Assembly: GCA_951406725.2 (NCBI GenBank)
Contig: OX597816.1
Location: 28,954,001 to 29,018,000, forward strand
Source: Octopus vulgaris
Taxonomy: Eukaryota
Length of the DNA stretch: 64,000 nucleotides
Direction of reading: 5' to 3'
The stretch's first letter is position 1. Every line of letters starts with the position of its first letter. A program made the translations under genes and the position numbers. The notes under the pieces are model-generated. The model made no database searches. It was not told the DNA's origin and saw only the letters and a program-made list of their open reading frames with translations. This document shows, one piece after another, positions 31,591 to 45,394 of this stretch.

Positions 31591-32519
31591 TATTTCACTG
31601 GGAAATAATGAAAGGACATTCAGTTTTGAATAATGCTCTCAGAAAAAGAATTTTCTCCCTTTTGAGATATTAAAGTCTTGTGCAATGGCGGGATAAAACA
31701 AATGGCTTGGTATTTTGACATACCTTTTGGAGATTGAGATTTATTGCAGAGTATGTGATTAATTGTACACAATTTGATATTACGTTGGAGAGAACACTAT
31801 TAAAGTCCATTTGAAAAGATCAGATATGAATGCTGAAGGTGTTTCAATGTATATACAGTCAAATAATTTCGTCAGATATCTTTGATATATTTGATGTATA
31901 TTCTGTTACATACGTTTGACCTAAGACTTCGAATGTCAGTGAACGAATTCATTATCTTTACTATAGCGTGAACTGGCACTTGTACAGCATGTAGTGCATA
32001 GGAATCAGGCATTATAACTCCTTAAAACTAGAATCAATACATTTGATCATCCTTTAGGGGAACTAACAGATCACGAAAACAACGTAATATTGATTAATTT
32101 GTCGCATTAATGCGTATTCTGAAACCGATATTTTTGCTAAACGCTTTATTATATTGCTCCGTTTGCAACGTTGTGTCATTTGCAAATATTACTCACGAAA
32201 CAACTCAAGAATATTATCGAGATTTTGACCCATGGCACATGTTCATGTAATTATGCAAACGCCAAATAATACTTGCGTGCACTTTAACGTCCAATAGCTG
32301 CCGCGTATTTCGATAAAATGGCAAGTTTTATATGGTCACACGCAATGCTAGTAATAACAGCCGAACTCCTTTCAAATAACTAACTCACAGCGTGTAGCAA
32401 TAAACGATGCAGTGCCTGAAAATAAAAATATCAGGTGACCAGGTCATATGGAGCACATCTGATCATGTCACAGGTCAGCTTCATTATCGGACACAGGCAG
32501 TAAATATATGAAAAACAAG

Positions 32520-32617
32520 TACTATCAATACTGCTACTCTTACTACTACTTCTACAACTACTACTACTACTACTGCTGCTGCTGCTGTTGTTGCTGCTGC
32601 CACTACTACTACTAATA

Positions 32618-32700
<83 letters not shown>

Positions 32701-32705
32701 TACTA
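32520..32705. repeat. (TAC)n switching to its complement (TAG)n
   Basis: Direct reading; the polarity switch is at about 32663. Confidence 0.95.
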
Positions 32706-32712
32706 GCAGTAT

Positions 32713-33995
32713 ATGGGGGACCACGTAGTGACCGGATGCTGGTTTGGGCGAGGAAAATACTGGGCTAAAACTTTCTCAAAATGACGCCAACCCCATGTCC
32801 TAATCCTACCTCCTCGTGGTGCCAGCAGGAGCGTACGACTGCGGGTGTCTGGCGCTGAAGAACCAAGTCTCTCCGAGCAGATAGGTCTCGTTAACTAAGA
32901 TCAGCAGCCTGTCTAGGAGAAGGACACTCCGATATAAAACATACGACTCGAGAACCTCTCTGTCAGATGGAAGATGTCACTGAAAGTCGCAGCTGCGAAA
33001 CTGCAGGCTGGTGGTCACCTGGTATAGACCCGGAGACGACATCACTCCGCAGCATCCCGAATGACCAAGTTGTCTTATCTAGGAAGAACACTGCTTTCTC
33101 CACATGGCGAAGGGCCTAGAAAAGATGGCCTAAAGAAAGCTCGTCTCCTACACACCCAGTTGGCAAACCGTAGCCAACGGCCATCCTCCAGTGGTCGAAT
33201 AAGCACAAGTATAAAAAACGAAAGATTTCACACGACCTCCAATGATTGCCAAGGGTTTAAAAATTGCATGCTGGAACGTCAGAACCATTCTTGACTCAGG
33301 CGAGAGACGTCGTCTAAAACGCCGATTCGCTCTCATTGCTCACGAACTGTCCACGCTAGATATTGGCATCGCAGTCCCTAGTGAAGTCCAGCTCCCAAAG
33401 GAAGGCGACCTTAAAGAATATGGTGCCGGATGCACCCTGTATTGGTCACGCAAAGCCCCATGAGAAAGACGCTTATCAAGTGTCGGCTTCATGATAAAGA
33501 ATCCCATTGCCTCCAAACTGGAAACCCTACCAGCAGATCACTGTGACCGTATAATCTGCATGTGCCACCCTCTGAAAAAGCAAGCAGCATGCCACGATCT
33601 TCAGTGTTTATTCACCAACTTTCAAAGTAGACCCATCAGACAAGGACAAATTCTACTCTGGCCGGTACGGACTCATCCAGGAAACCCTGACGTTGATAAG
33701 GTCATAATACACCGGGAAATTTCAACGACAGTGTATGCTGAAATAGACCGAGAAAGGTTTACGAAGAGAAAGAAGAAGGATTGGTTTGACGTAAACAACG
33801 CATTGATCCAGGAATTACTAAAGAAGAAATCTGCCTACCAAGGACAACTGGTACAACCGTCTTGTCCAGGAAAGAAAGCGGCCTTTCGCCAAGCCTGCAA
33901 CTTTCTGCAGCGCAAACTCTGTGAAGTTCAGAATGAGTGGCGGAGCTATCTCGCTCGAAGAACCCAGCTGCGCGTTAACTTTGGCGCCTACAGTG
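32713..33995 (+). mobile_element. RTE-clade LINE: 5' UTR, APE endonuclease and linker, internally deleted and 3'-truncated
   Basis: LKIACWNVRTILD..RRFALIAHELSTLDIGIA..SEV.L..EG.L.E.GAG.TLYWS..VGFMIK..L..LP....DRI is the RTE-type APE. KKDWFD.N...IQELL.KK..A and W...A...Q are RTE linker motifs. Confidence 0.9.
32737..32904 (+). ncRNA. Candidate HDV-like self-cleaving ribozyme in the RTE 5' UTR, probably degenerate
   Basis: P1 tgctggt (32737-43) / gccagca (32821-27); P3 acc / ggt closing L3 tcctcgt; gg for P1.1 at 32828-29; candidate catalytic C in ctaa (32895-98); imperfect P2 ctaatc / gatcag. Confidence 0.6.
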
Positions 33996-35571
33996 GTAGA
34001 GAATGTTATGTTTAAAATGACTGAGCAGAGATTACGAGAAGAAAGTGGATGACAGCTGCTATTTAGAGAAGAAAATGAGTGACAGAATTGGAGGTGGAAG
34101 AGCTCACAAGAGAGCTGGAAAAGAAAGATCAGGCAGCAGGAAAGACAAACAACAACATAAGAGAAACAGCTCAGATAAAAGAAGAATCTAAAGGAAAAAA
34201 TAATAATAGTGTTATCAATAAGGAAGGGACAACTGTGATTTAAGTGAGGATGATGAGAAAATTTTTAGATGAGTTACAGGAAGTAATGTATAAAGAAGAA
34301 AAAGATTGCTCGCATTAAAAGGCACCAATAGAAGGAAACTGCCAGAAATGACTGGGAAAGTAGATTCTGTTATCAGAATCTTTTTTTATATATGCAGGAT
34401 AGGTAGCAGTCGCTAGAAGATTTGATATCTCACAGGAAAAGCTTAAAACAGAACAAATGTTGAAAAGGGAACAAAATAAAGTTAATACTTTAAGAGAAGA
34501 TCTGAGTAGAATAGAAGACTGGAAACTGAACAAGTTAGGAAACACACGAGGCAAATCTTCCCTCGAGAAAAAACAATTAGTCAAAGAGAAAGGATTTGGG
34601 ACAGTAATAGAAGAGTTGAAACAGCGTATCATAGCAGTAGTAGGCAAGCTCTCCAGATATCAGAAAAGAATTGATGATCAGCATCAACAGAAGAGATTAT
34701 TTGAGACAGACTAGAGGAGATTTTATAACCAAATAAATAGGGGAGAACGAAGTACTGTAGATGAGAAATCTAATGCAGAAGTTAGAAAGTTCTGGAGTAA
34801 TATTTGGGATAAGTCAGTCAATCATAATTGAGATGCAGTATGGTTAAATAAAGTGAGGGAAGAAATAAAGAGTAAGAAGTAGCCTGATCTAAGATTAACT
34901 GGTGCATTATTGAGTAAAGTGTTCGGAAAAATGCAAAATTGGGAGGACCCAGGACCAGATTTAGTTCAAGGGTGCTGCCTAAATAAATTTAGTATTTTAC
35001 GGGTGACGTTGAAGGAACAACTTCAGGATTGCCTTAATGAAAGAATAACACCAGATTGGATGACGAGAAAGAGAAAAATACTGCTTATGAAATATAAGAG
35101 CAAGGGTAATACAGCTATGAATAATAGACCAATCACTTGCTTAAATTTAGTGAGGAAGATGCTAACAGAAATGATTTCATGAAGCATTTATGAGCACCTT
35201 CAGAGCCAGAAGTTACTGCCTCAAGAAAAGAAAGGTTGCAGGAAGAAGGCTACAGGAACGCTTGATCTATTATATATAGACAAAGGAGTTCTAAACGAAG
35301 TAAAAGTTAGAAAGAAGTAGCTAACAATAGCCTGGGTAGATTATAGAAAAGCTTAGGACATGATCCCACACTCATTGATAAGTAAGTGTTTGAATATATT
35401 CATTGTAGCAGAAACATAAGAGAATCAATTAGCTTCATCATGAAGAAATGTGGAGTAATACGCTCTTATATGACACACCTTTAGGGATAGATGATATCAA
35501 AACAGGAATTTTCCATGGCATCTTTTTGTTCCCTTTAATATTTATCTTATGTTTGATCTCCCTCCATTAGT
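33996..35571 (+). mobile_element. R4/Dong-type retrotransposon, N-terminal region to RT motif B, pseudogenised
   Basis: TEQRL, EELKQRI.A...KL.RY.KR..Q..Q.RLFETD, FWSNIWD, NW.DPGPDLVQG, PDWMT, NNRPITCL, WVDYRKA.DMIPHS, GIFHG..LFPL. Confidence 0.9.
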
Positions 35572-35599
35572 TTGATCATCCTACACTCATTATATTCAG

Positions 35600-36030
35600 T
35601 GTAGCACACAACATAAGTATTGTCATGAAAGAAAACTCCTTTCGTAAGTTTTCCTGAGTATTTGTTCTTATTGCTGGATGAAATATTTTGTCTGTCGCTA
35701 TGTTCCACGTTCAAATTCCGCCGACGTTGACTTTGTCTTTTATTCTTTCGAGATGTGGCCCTTTTGATGATAGTCAGCAAACTCAACACTTTTTGCATCC
35801 CAAAAATCTGTAGCCATCGACTTCATTGTTGCTACAGTATGACTTATCTCTTTGGCGTTGACTGAAAGCGGTGAACTCAACACTCATCGTGACTTAGGGA
35901 ACGTTCCAGGTAGCCAGCTGGATCTGCCTCCAACAATGTCAGATTTTCGTGTGATATGATCAGTTCGAGCTTTCATCGGGTGTAAGAAGACGTGGCATCC
36001 ACCGAACAGAAATCTCCACTAGTTGCATTT
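35600..36030 (-). mobile_element. mariner transposase relic with a SINE A fragment inserted at about 35680-35752
   Basis: Minus strand: RWMPRLLTPDE (WVPxxL motif), MATDFWDAK (compare VMATVFWDA), GKLTKGVFFHDN (HDNA motif). Confidence 0.7.
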
Positions 36031-36270
36031 GAATTTTTATTTTGTCTTGTCCGATGTCAGTTTAAATGGAAGAAAACTATGCAGTTACTAACAAGAATGT
36101 TTCAAATTAATGCATACGACATTTCACTGCCCTAGTATCACTCCTACAAAGTCAGTCTATGAACTTTTCAGCCCAGCCTCTTATACGCTGCATTCCCCCT
36201 TTATAATTTCAATACAAAAATACATTAACGGTCTCTCTCTTTCTATGTATATACATGCATACGTACATAC

Positions 36271-36335
<65 letters not shown>

Positions 36336-36718
36336 TGCTTACACATTTGTATATATATGCACATATATTTATGTAACATGACGGTCCAACCATAAACCTA
36401 CATTTAAAAGTAAATAAAACTGCTATTGCAAATGGCATATAAACAAAAAAGTTCAACAATGGTAGTAATATCATCCGCTATAGGCAGATAATATGGGATA
36501 AAGTGATCCATAGATAGAAGCAAGCAAACATCTAAAGCTAAGGTTTTATTGAATATTTTTCATTTGAGAATATTTCTCCAACATTTGTTTACGTATGCAT
36601 CATGCTACTAATATTCTGTATATTAACGAATTTGATTGTATCCCTACGAAAGAGACCGATTCAAAAACGCTGAAAGACAGATAGAGAAAAACAACAGAAG
36701 AACCAGATTGGGCGAGTG

Positions 36719-36776
<58 letters not shown>

Positions 36777-37230
36777 AGGTGATAGAAAGCGAGGTGAAAA
36801 GAAAGAGGGACAGGGTCGCTGTTTGAAGAAGCGTAAGATAAGTAGATGAAATGGAAAAGATCGGTTCAGAATTGTGTGAAAAGATTTTGCTAATCGACCA
36901 TAAAACATACTTCTCTAGAGGAATCATTTACAGGTTTAAGCATGGGCTATATTTACACTCATATACGTATATATTTTCCTGTACGTTATTTATAAAGTAA
37001 ACTACAGTTTATATTAGATATTGCTTTCAATCACTCATGCACACACAAGAACACATACATGTATACATATAAATTTATACATAAATAACCACACACAAAT
37101 ATTTAGATATGTATGCATGAATGTAAGTATATCTTTCCAAGTTTCTCGCCTTCTCTCACTCTCCCACCTCCCTCTCTCTCTATATATATATGTGTGTATA
37201 TATAAATATGTATATATATGTATGTATATA

Positions 37231-37263
<33 letters not shown>

Positions 37264-37389
37264 GTATAATATATATACATACATATATATATGCATATAT
37301 ATACACATATATATACATATATTTATATGTGTGTATTTATATACCTACTTATATAAATACACACACACACACAAACACCTACACACACG

Positions 37390-37563
<174 letters not shown>

Positions 37564-37944
37564 CAGATACGCGCACACAATCGTGCCTGCATAAATATAT
37601 ATTGTAGAAAATCGGATAAGCTGTTACTGAAGTAAATGGCTTGAGCCCGAGGCGATGCGAAAACTTTGATAGTTTAAATGGTACTAGATGTGTGAATGTA
37701 CAAATGTATGTACATGTATCTTGAAGTGTGTGTTGGTATGCAGGTGCGAAGTGAAATGTATGCATCCGTATGTAACCATGCAATACCGTCTGACACCATT
37801 GTGTGCAAGTAGGTTCTTTAGCGTTGCTTATACTTTATATTTATTCAACAATCTGCCTGTCATTCCCTAGATTCACAAGCATTTGCACTAAGAGGTGAAT
37901 ATATATATACACACATAAATATCTGTATGAGTACGTGCGTGGGC

Positions 37945-38011
<67 letters not shown>

Positions 38012-38159
38012 ATCATCTAATTGTATATATCTATCGTTACTTTTCCTAAAAAAAAGGTCTTTACTTTTACTGAATTCCAATGTGCATTTTCGCTTATTTT
38101 TCTTCTTCCTTTTCCCTTACATTTCCACGTGCAGTTCCTATTTTGTTTTTGTAACATGT

Positions 38160-38283
<124 letters not shown>

Positions 38284-40589
38284 CACATATGCACATAAAC
38301 ATATATAGATGATAAATATAAATATTAGAAGCTGTATATAGAGTAAGAAATCAGTTAATGGAGAATTATGCCAAGCGAGATAATAAACATCTCTTTTTTT
38401 TTCTTTCAAAGTAATGTTTCTTTCAGTCATTTTTGTATTTAGTTCCATTCAATTCTTTTAGTATTGGCATCAAATTTCGTTACTTTTGAATTTGGATATA
38501 AAGGAGTATTGTCCCTGAAATACGTGAAGCATTTTCAGTAGCGAAACTTTCTGAATTATGTGTGTTGTATAAACATACATACACATACGCAACATAGAAG
38601 GTGAGAAAACAAAGAAACATGCATTCTACACACACACACACACACGAATTTATATATAGGGTAAATATACATACAGTATGTTATCGAATTACATTACTAT
38701 TATTAATGTTGATATATACTGAAGATCTTTGACTTATTCGTGGTTGAACACAAAAATTATGAAGTCAATGAATCGACGGAAAGTGTCGAAGACACATTAG
38801 CTTTATAAAGTAAGAAACAGTGATGCTACTACGTTGCAAGTGATCATCGCGCGTTAGGTTTCGTTAGCCGTTCGTCACTCCACTGTTACTTGCTGTCCGA
38901 AGAGATTGATACAATGCGGCGTGCTACGAATAAATACATGCATGCATGCACATACACACATACACACATACAGACACACACACATACATATATACATACA
39001 TGCATGTATGTATAAAAACTGAATGCAGAGAGAAAGATGCACAGATGCAGTATATCTAATTATTAAACTGTTATGTAATGCCATAGTTACGTAATCGTAT
39101 GTTTCATTCTTTTACCGGGGGAATATGAATATTCGTGGTTTTCCAATTATTCCTCCTTTTATAATTTCATGAGTATATATGTATAGTCTTTTAGATGATC
39201 TTGTTATATGAATATATTGCATTCAATAATTCTCAATTTATTAACTTACTTCGTAACAGGGGGAGATAATGAATAAGAATTATTGGCTGAAGCAGTGAAC
39301 GTAACAAGTCACATATATTTTTAAATAAATAGTTGTAATAAATATAAATGCTATCAAAATTTAATAGGCTTTTTCATGAGGTTGCTATTTTTCAATGAAT
39401 AAAGTATCTTTATTTATCTGCAGTTCTGATATTCCCTTCCTGTATTGTTTTAAAGAAAAAACATATTACAAGTATTTCGTGATTCCTATCATACGTTATG
39501 TAATCAGTGCAAGACATTCGTCTATGCCTTGGACATCATATTCCTTCTTTATGAAATGACATTCCTTTTCTTAATGTCACTTATGTTTATCCAAATACAA
39601 TTTTTTCTCATAATGAATAAATTATCACATGGATCAGGTGACCAGATGAACGAGTAAATTCCAACCATCACTCTCCTTTAAAAGCTATTTTGAACCATTC
39701 TATGTGCGTACAGATCTATCCACATAGACATTTTATTTCCACTTCCTCCTTTGGCAATATCCTTAGAGGCAGTCTCTGTGTCTGTATTGCTTTCCTGCTC
39801 GTTACCATCGACTCCGTCTTGTCGAGTCTCTCATCCTCGTCGCTACACCACGGAAGACGTTGAGACCATCGTTTGCTCTTCGATACTGAAGACGCATTGC
39901 TGCTTTTAATAATGCATGAAACAGCTTGCATAATGTTCCTTGCATAATATAGCTTGGTGCCTTTTGTGTATGCATAATGTAGTTTACTTCACGCAGTCAT
40001 AACAATTTTTCTTGGCTCTTATCTGTGTTTTCACAAGCAGTAGTCTTCACTGGAAGTCTTTGGTTGTCCAGAAATTTATGATATCGAGTATATCTTACAG
40101 AAAATAGTAAATCTTCATTTGCTATTAGTGAAAGTAGCTTAACTTAGAATTGATGTCATCAGATGACTTTCAACGATCATATATATGTTTATATGTATGT
40201 ATATACATATGTGTATGTATATACATATGAATCTATATACATATGTTTGATGAGATCTATGTGTATGTGTGTGCGTGTGTGTGCGCGTGTGTGTATGTTT
40301 ACTTTATTGTTCCCTTAAGATAACATCAACAAAAAAGTATTCCATCTAGTAAGAGATGGATAACATTTAATGCACACAGAATAAAGATACGAGCTACAGA
40401 TATTTTGTTTTCAATGGAAATCTGGAATTCCTAAATCGCTTATTCTTAGATCGCATTTTCTTTTTAGATTTAATACTTTAACTGCACTACTGAATCCCCA
40501 TCCGATATTCCCAGAAAATGAAAAACAAATTCGGGTTTATATATATATAACAGATATATAGTAGCAGATATATAGTAACAGATACTAAC

Positions 40590-41650
40590 TGTATTTATCA
40601 AACAATGCTATTAGGATAAAAAATAATTCTTTCCTATAATGTTATTCAATAAAGCCACCTTCTGCTTCAACAACTGCTTCTATATGATATCTAAATCATC
40701 AACATGTTCGAATCAAATGGTCCTTGTTCATTCTGGGCATTACTCTGACTATGGCAGCTTTCAAAGAATCTTTGGTGTTAAGGGCATGTTCATTCACCTC
40801 TTCCGTAACAACGCTCCACATGTTATAGATCTGAGGAATTAGGAGTCCAAATGTTAGGGGTTATGTGATCATGAAAATTTTCAGCTATCCATTCCTGTGC
40901 TACTAGAGCCATATGTGATAGTACAGAATCTTACTGAAACGTATATGGCCTTCTATTGCATACACTATCTATCCAGGGGATAACAATTATTTCCAGGACC
41001 TCAATGAAGGTAGCAGAGTTAACTCTAAGGCATTGTGGAAACAAGTAAGGAGGCATCACATGTCCTTCACTACTGGCAAACCCTAAAACCATGATAGTTC
41101 CAGGAAATTCTATATGCATAACGTCTGGAACTGAAGAAGGGTCTGCACATAACCATCTGTCATTTTTTCTGTAAACTTTTAGATCTTGTTCGAAGTTTTT
41201 CTCGTTTGAGAAGCACCAAATCAAATCTTCTGATGGATTTAGAATTTGTTTAAGGGCCTTTTTGATCTGATGTAGTGATTTTCTTTTGTTTTCTATGACA
41301 AATTGCCCTATCCTCATGATATAAGACTTCGTCGACGGATAACATTTCTGACTGTTCGTTCTGATCAATGGAGATCTCATGTATTTTCTGGACCTTTAAT
41401 CAATGATCTGCTGAACTTGCTCGATAAATTCAGGTATTTTGTTGATTTCAAAGCACTTAGAATGCTTTTATGTCTTGATACTGATGATACGTTTCTATCT
41501 TCAGTCACTAGCTGCTTACAAACTTTGTAGACGAATATTAAAAATCGAGATACTCGGCATTTATAACAACAAAAACAGCATGGCTCTTCATTTCTTGAGA
41601 GTCTGCCATAATTATTTTCTGGAACAAAGATTATACACACCAGTGACACA
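40590..41650 (-). mobile_element. Tc1/mariner-superfamily transposase relic, maT/DD37D-like
   Basis: ORF 40931-41380: FSNEKNF..NDRW..VLG..SSEG.VMPP..F..RVNS..IEVL..PW..YTFQ*DS, then IWTPNSSDL. Catalytic residues are mutated. Confidence 0.85.
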
Positions 41651-41680
41651 AAAAAGGTATATCCTCAAATACTTTACGCA

Positions 41681-41758
<78 letters not shown>

Positions 41759-41809
41759 CAATAATAAATCTCTGAACGAGATGTAAACGTAACTGCACGA
41801 AAATGTGAG

Positions 41810-41987
41810 GTATACTAGCCATCTCAATATGGCTAACCACTAAGGGTGGGTGTTACTGTAGCTTGTAGCCCCAGGAGAACATCGTCTCCAGAAAGTGTGC
41901 CTAAAGCCAGCTGGAGACGATTTTCTCCTGGGGCTACAAGCTACAGTAACACCCACCCTTAGTGGTTAGCCATATTGAGATGGCTAG

Positions 41988-41992
<5 letters not shown>
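41810..41992. repeat. Near-perfect palindrome: 82-bp arms, 19-bp spacer
   Basis: 41810-41891 is the reverse complement of 41911-41992 with one mismatch. Confidence 0.97.
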
Positions 41993-42044
<52 letters not shown>

Positions 42045-42103
42045 GTATGTATGTATATATATATGTATACATATATATATGTATGTGTGCGCGTGTATGT
42101 GTG

Positions 42104-42139
<36 letters not shown>

Positions 42140-42174
42140 GATACATATATGTATATGATTCTATGTATGTATAC

Positions 42175-43434
42175 GTAATTTTAGAGACAGAACAACATTC
42201 AACTCAACAAACACTGAAAGGGTTTATACCCACCACTCCGTAAAAAGTTAAAAATTAAATCTTATAGTAACTGTATCTGTTCTGAATCCTGTATTTTCCG
42301 TTTATAAAACTACAGATGTTTCATGAAAGTACGGCTCCCAGTCTTCAGGTCTGGATTCCTCAACATTTTTCATAACCCGTATCTCCGAATAACGAATAAA
42401 GAATTGCGAATAAACAAATACGAAATAAAAATGAAATTATAATGAAACAACGATGAAATATTAATGAAATAAAAATGGAGACGAAAATATAACGAATGTT
42501 AATTTATCTTATCTTTCCTCGGCAAAAATTAGACAAAGCTACATCTTGCAAATAAGCTAAAATCCGCGTTTGATACTACCTTTGTATGGGAAGTACTACA
42601 AATAAATGGCAGAAAGTTCTACTGGTGTATCTATACCTTTATATAGTTCTGTCAGGGGAACCGGAAATGAATGCATCTCGGAAGCAAGCCACTTTTATCG
42701 TTTTTAAATTTATTCAATCTATGTATTATCTAATAAGGTACTTCTTTAGACTCTCAATTCGAATATTTTGGGATAGATAAAAGTTACCTTTTATATTATT
42801 TAAAATCTATTATTTATATCATTATTATTATCATTATTATTATCAAATATTTGACGTTGCATTTAATCTAAATTTCAAAATTAATGTTCAAAAATTTCAT
42901 TTACAATTGTGTAACGTACGGCAAACAATTAAATTCAAAATCTAAAGTATCGTAAATTAACCAATTAATATTATATATTTTTGTATGACTAGATGCTACT
43001 TTCTAGTAAAAACGGGTAGTATATAATTATAATTATTATTATAACATTATCTAAAAAAAACATGACTGATTTTAGTTTATATACTAAAGAATCTAATCTA
43101 AACTCATCTTATTAATTAAGCAATTTATCCTATGTTTGCATTTAATTTTTTGTTCATTCTGGGCATTGAGCAATATTGTTTTGTCTTTAAGATTTCCATG
43201 AATCCGTGAACTTATTTCCTATTCTATATGATTTGGCTTTAGATATTATCTTCCATTTTAGTTTGTAGTTAATTTCTTTGGATTTAACACCCCGAATATA
43301 TTTAATTAAACCTCTCGAATTCATTATTTTTTTACATTTAAAGGAATACAAATGCTGCGCTATCCTTTGTTTAATTTTACTAGATGTAGAACCAAAATAT
43401 GTCATATATGAATTTTCGCCATTCTTTCCATTAC

Positions 43435-43470
<36 letters not shown>

Positions 43471-43498
43471 CATTATTATCAGTATTATTATTATTATT

Positions 43499-43540
<42 letters not shown>

Positions 43541-43571
43541 GCTGTTGTTGTTGTTGCTGTTGTTGTTATTA

Positions 43572-43640
<69 letters not shown>

Positions 43641-44352
43641 GAAGCGGATTTTACCTTCTTTGCAAGATGTAACGTTGTCCTAATTTTCGACGAGGAAAGA
43701 AATTATAAGTTAACATTTGTCTTATTTTCGTCTATATTTTTATTTCGTTATTATTTCATTGTTGTTTCCTTATTATTTCATTTTTATTTCGTATTTGTTT
43801 ATTCGCAATACTTTATTCGTTATTTGGAACCTTTATTCGTAATTTTTACTCGTATTTATTTCTCTTAAAAGTTTTTTCCTTAAATATTTTGTCATTAAAT
43901 GTTTTTTTTTAATGTTTATTCCTTGAGTCTTTATCCCGAAATTTTAAATTTTATTTTTTATTCCTTAAATGTTTTCTACTTAAATTTTTAATATTCAGTT
44001 ATTTTTTAGCTATTATTTGATTTCTATCTATTTGTACATATTAAGTAAGATAATATTGAAGATATAGAGTATCATGGAAGTATATAAGAGATAGGTGTAG
44101 TGAAAAATTTTGAGGAATCCAAACTTGAAGATTGGGACTATGTCGATCCGAGTAAGTATTGAAACTAGATACCTCGTATCTAATCAATACCGATGTACTT
44201 TCATGAAACACGTGTAGTCTTATAAACGGAAAATACAAGATTCAGAATAGATATAGTTATTATAAGATTTAAGTTTTAACTTTTTATGGAGTGGTGGGGA
44301 TAAAACCTTTCAGTGTTTGTTGAGTTGAAGGTGGTTCTGTCTCTAAAATTAC
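42175..44352 (-). mobile_element. PLE 3' end (GIY-YIG) with terminal repeat and an inverted terminal-repeat copy
   Basis: Minus strand 43100-43420: YFGSTSSKIKQRIAQHLYSF..L.KYI..K..INYKLKWKIISKAKSY and LLN...E....CKH. Arm 42175-42570 is inverted relative to 43642-44352, and both arms carry hammerhead-like remnants. Confidence 0.8.
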
Positions 44353-44455
44353 TTTTCTATATAAGAAATAAACATTGAGAGATTTTCATTTCAGTAAATC
44401 TAATTAGAATGTCCGTTTCCTGTTTTCTTGGAAGTAATATTCCCTAATAATTATA

Positions 44456-44534
<79 letters not shown>

Positions 44535-44976
44535 TAGGTTGAAAAGAGATTAGGGATCGATACAAATCAAATTTTTATATATAAAAAAGATGGAGATGGA
44601 AATAACACAGGAGAACATCTGCTTAGACATTTCAATTTAAGAGGGAATTTAATAAAAGATTATAAGAATAAAAATATTACCGGTTTCGGTGTGTTTCATC
44701 TTATCAAATAAGAGTAAATATTTATAGAAATTTGAAAAATTTGTAGTAAAAACAATTTATCTTCAGTTTTGTGGCCAGGAACATGTCTGGATATTTTCCC
44801 TTGAAGTCTAGTTTGAATATAGTTTAGTGTATTGTTCAAAGTGCTAGAGAGTGAGAGCAGGGGTGTCTATTGACTGAAATAAATCTTTGTGTGTTCCTGT
44901 CAAGCGAGTGACTAAAAAGTATTTATTGAAAGGGTTTTATGTCCACGTGTGTGTGTCTGAATACACACAGGTGGAC

Positions 44977-45026
<50 letters not shown>

Positions 45027-45027
<1 letters not shown>

Positions 45028-45148
45028 CGTCACTTGATATATATCATGTAGCCAACCAGACCATCAGATGTTGCTACACATCGCTGGTAACAATTCGTTC
45101 GCATTGTTTTAAGCTTCGAATGACGCCAACCCGCTGCCTAAGCGAGCA

Positions 45149-45151
<3 letters not shown>
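45027..45151 (-). mobile_element. SINE family C, 3' fragment
   Basis: Reverse complement of about 4490-4603 (atcagatgttgctacacatc..cgcattgtttt..ttcgaatgacgcca), embedded in (TA)n. Confidence 0.85.
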
Positions 45152-45238
<87 letters not shown>

Positions 45239-45394
45239 GGAGTATGTTATCAATATGATCCTGGTGTACAAATGTACAAATATACGTACCTCAAGATACC
45301 CATCCTACAGTATAAGGGTACAGCAGTCACATACATGGTAACAATACGCGTGGGATATAATGATATCATGTAAACATAAATAATACAAGAAGAG

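Noticed and set aside
39716-39931. GC-richer 71-aa minus-strand ORF
   Set aside because: No recognisable motif or convincing splice sites, so it cannot be supported as an exon.
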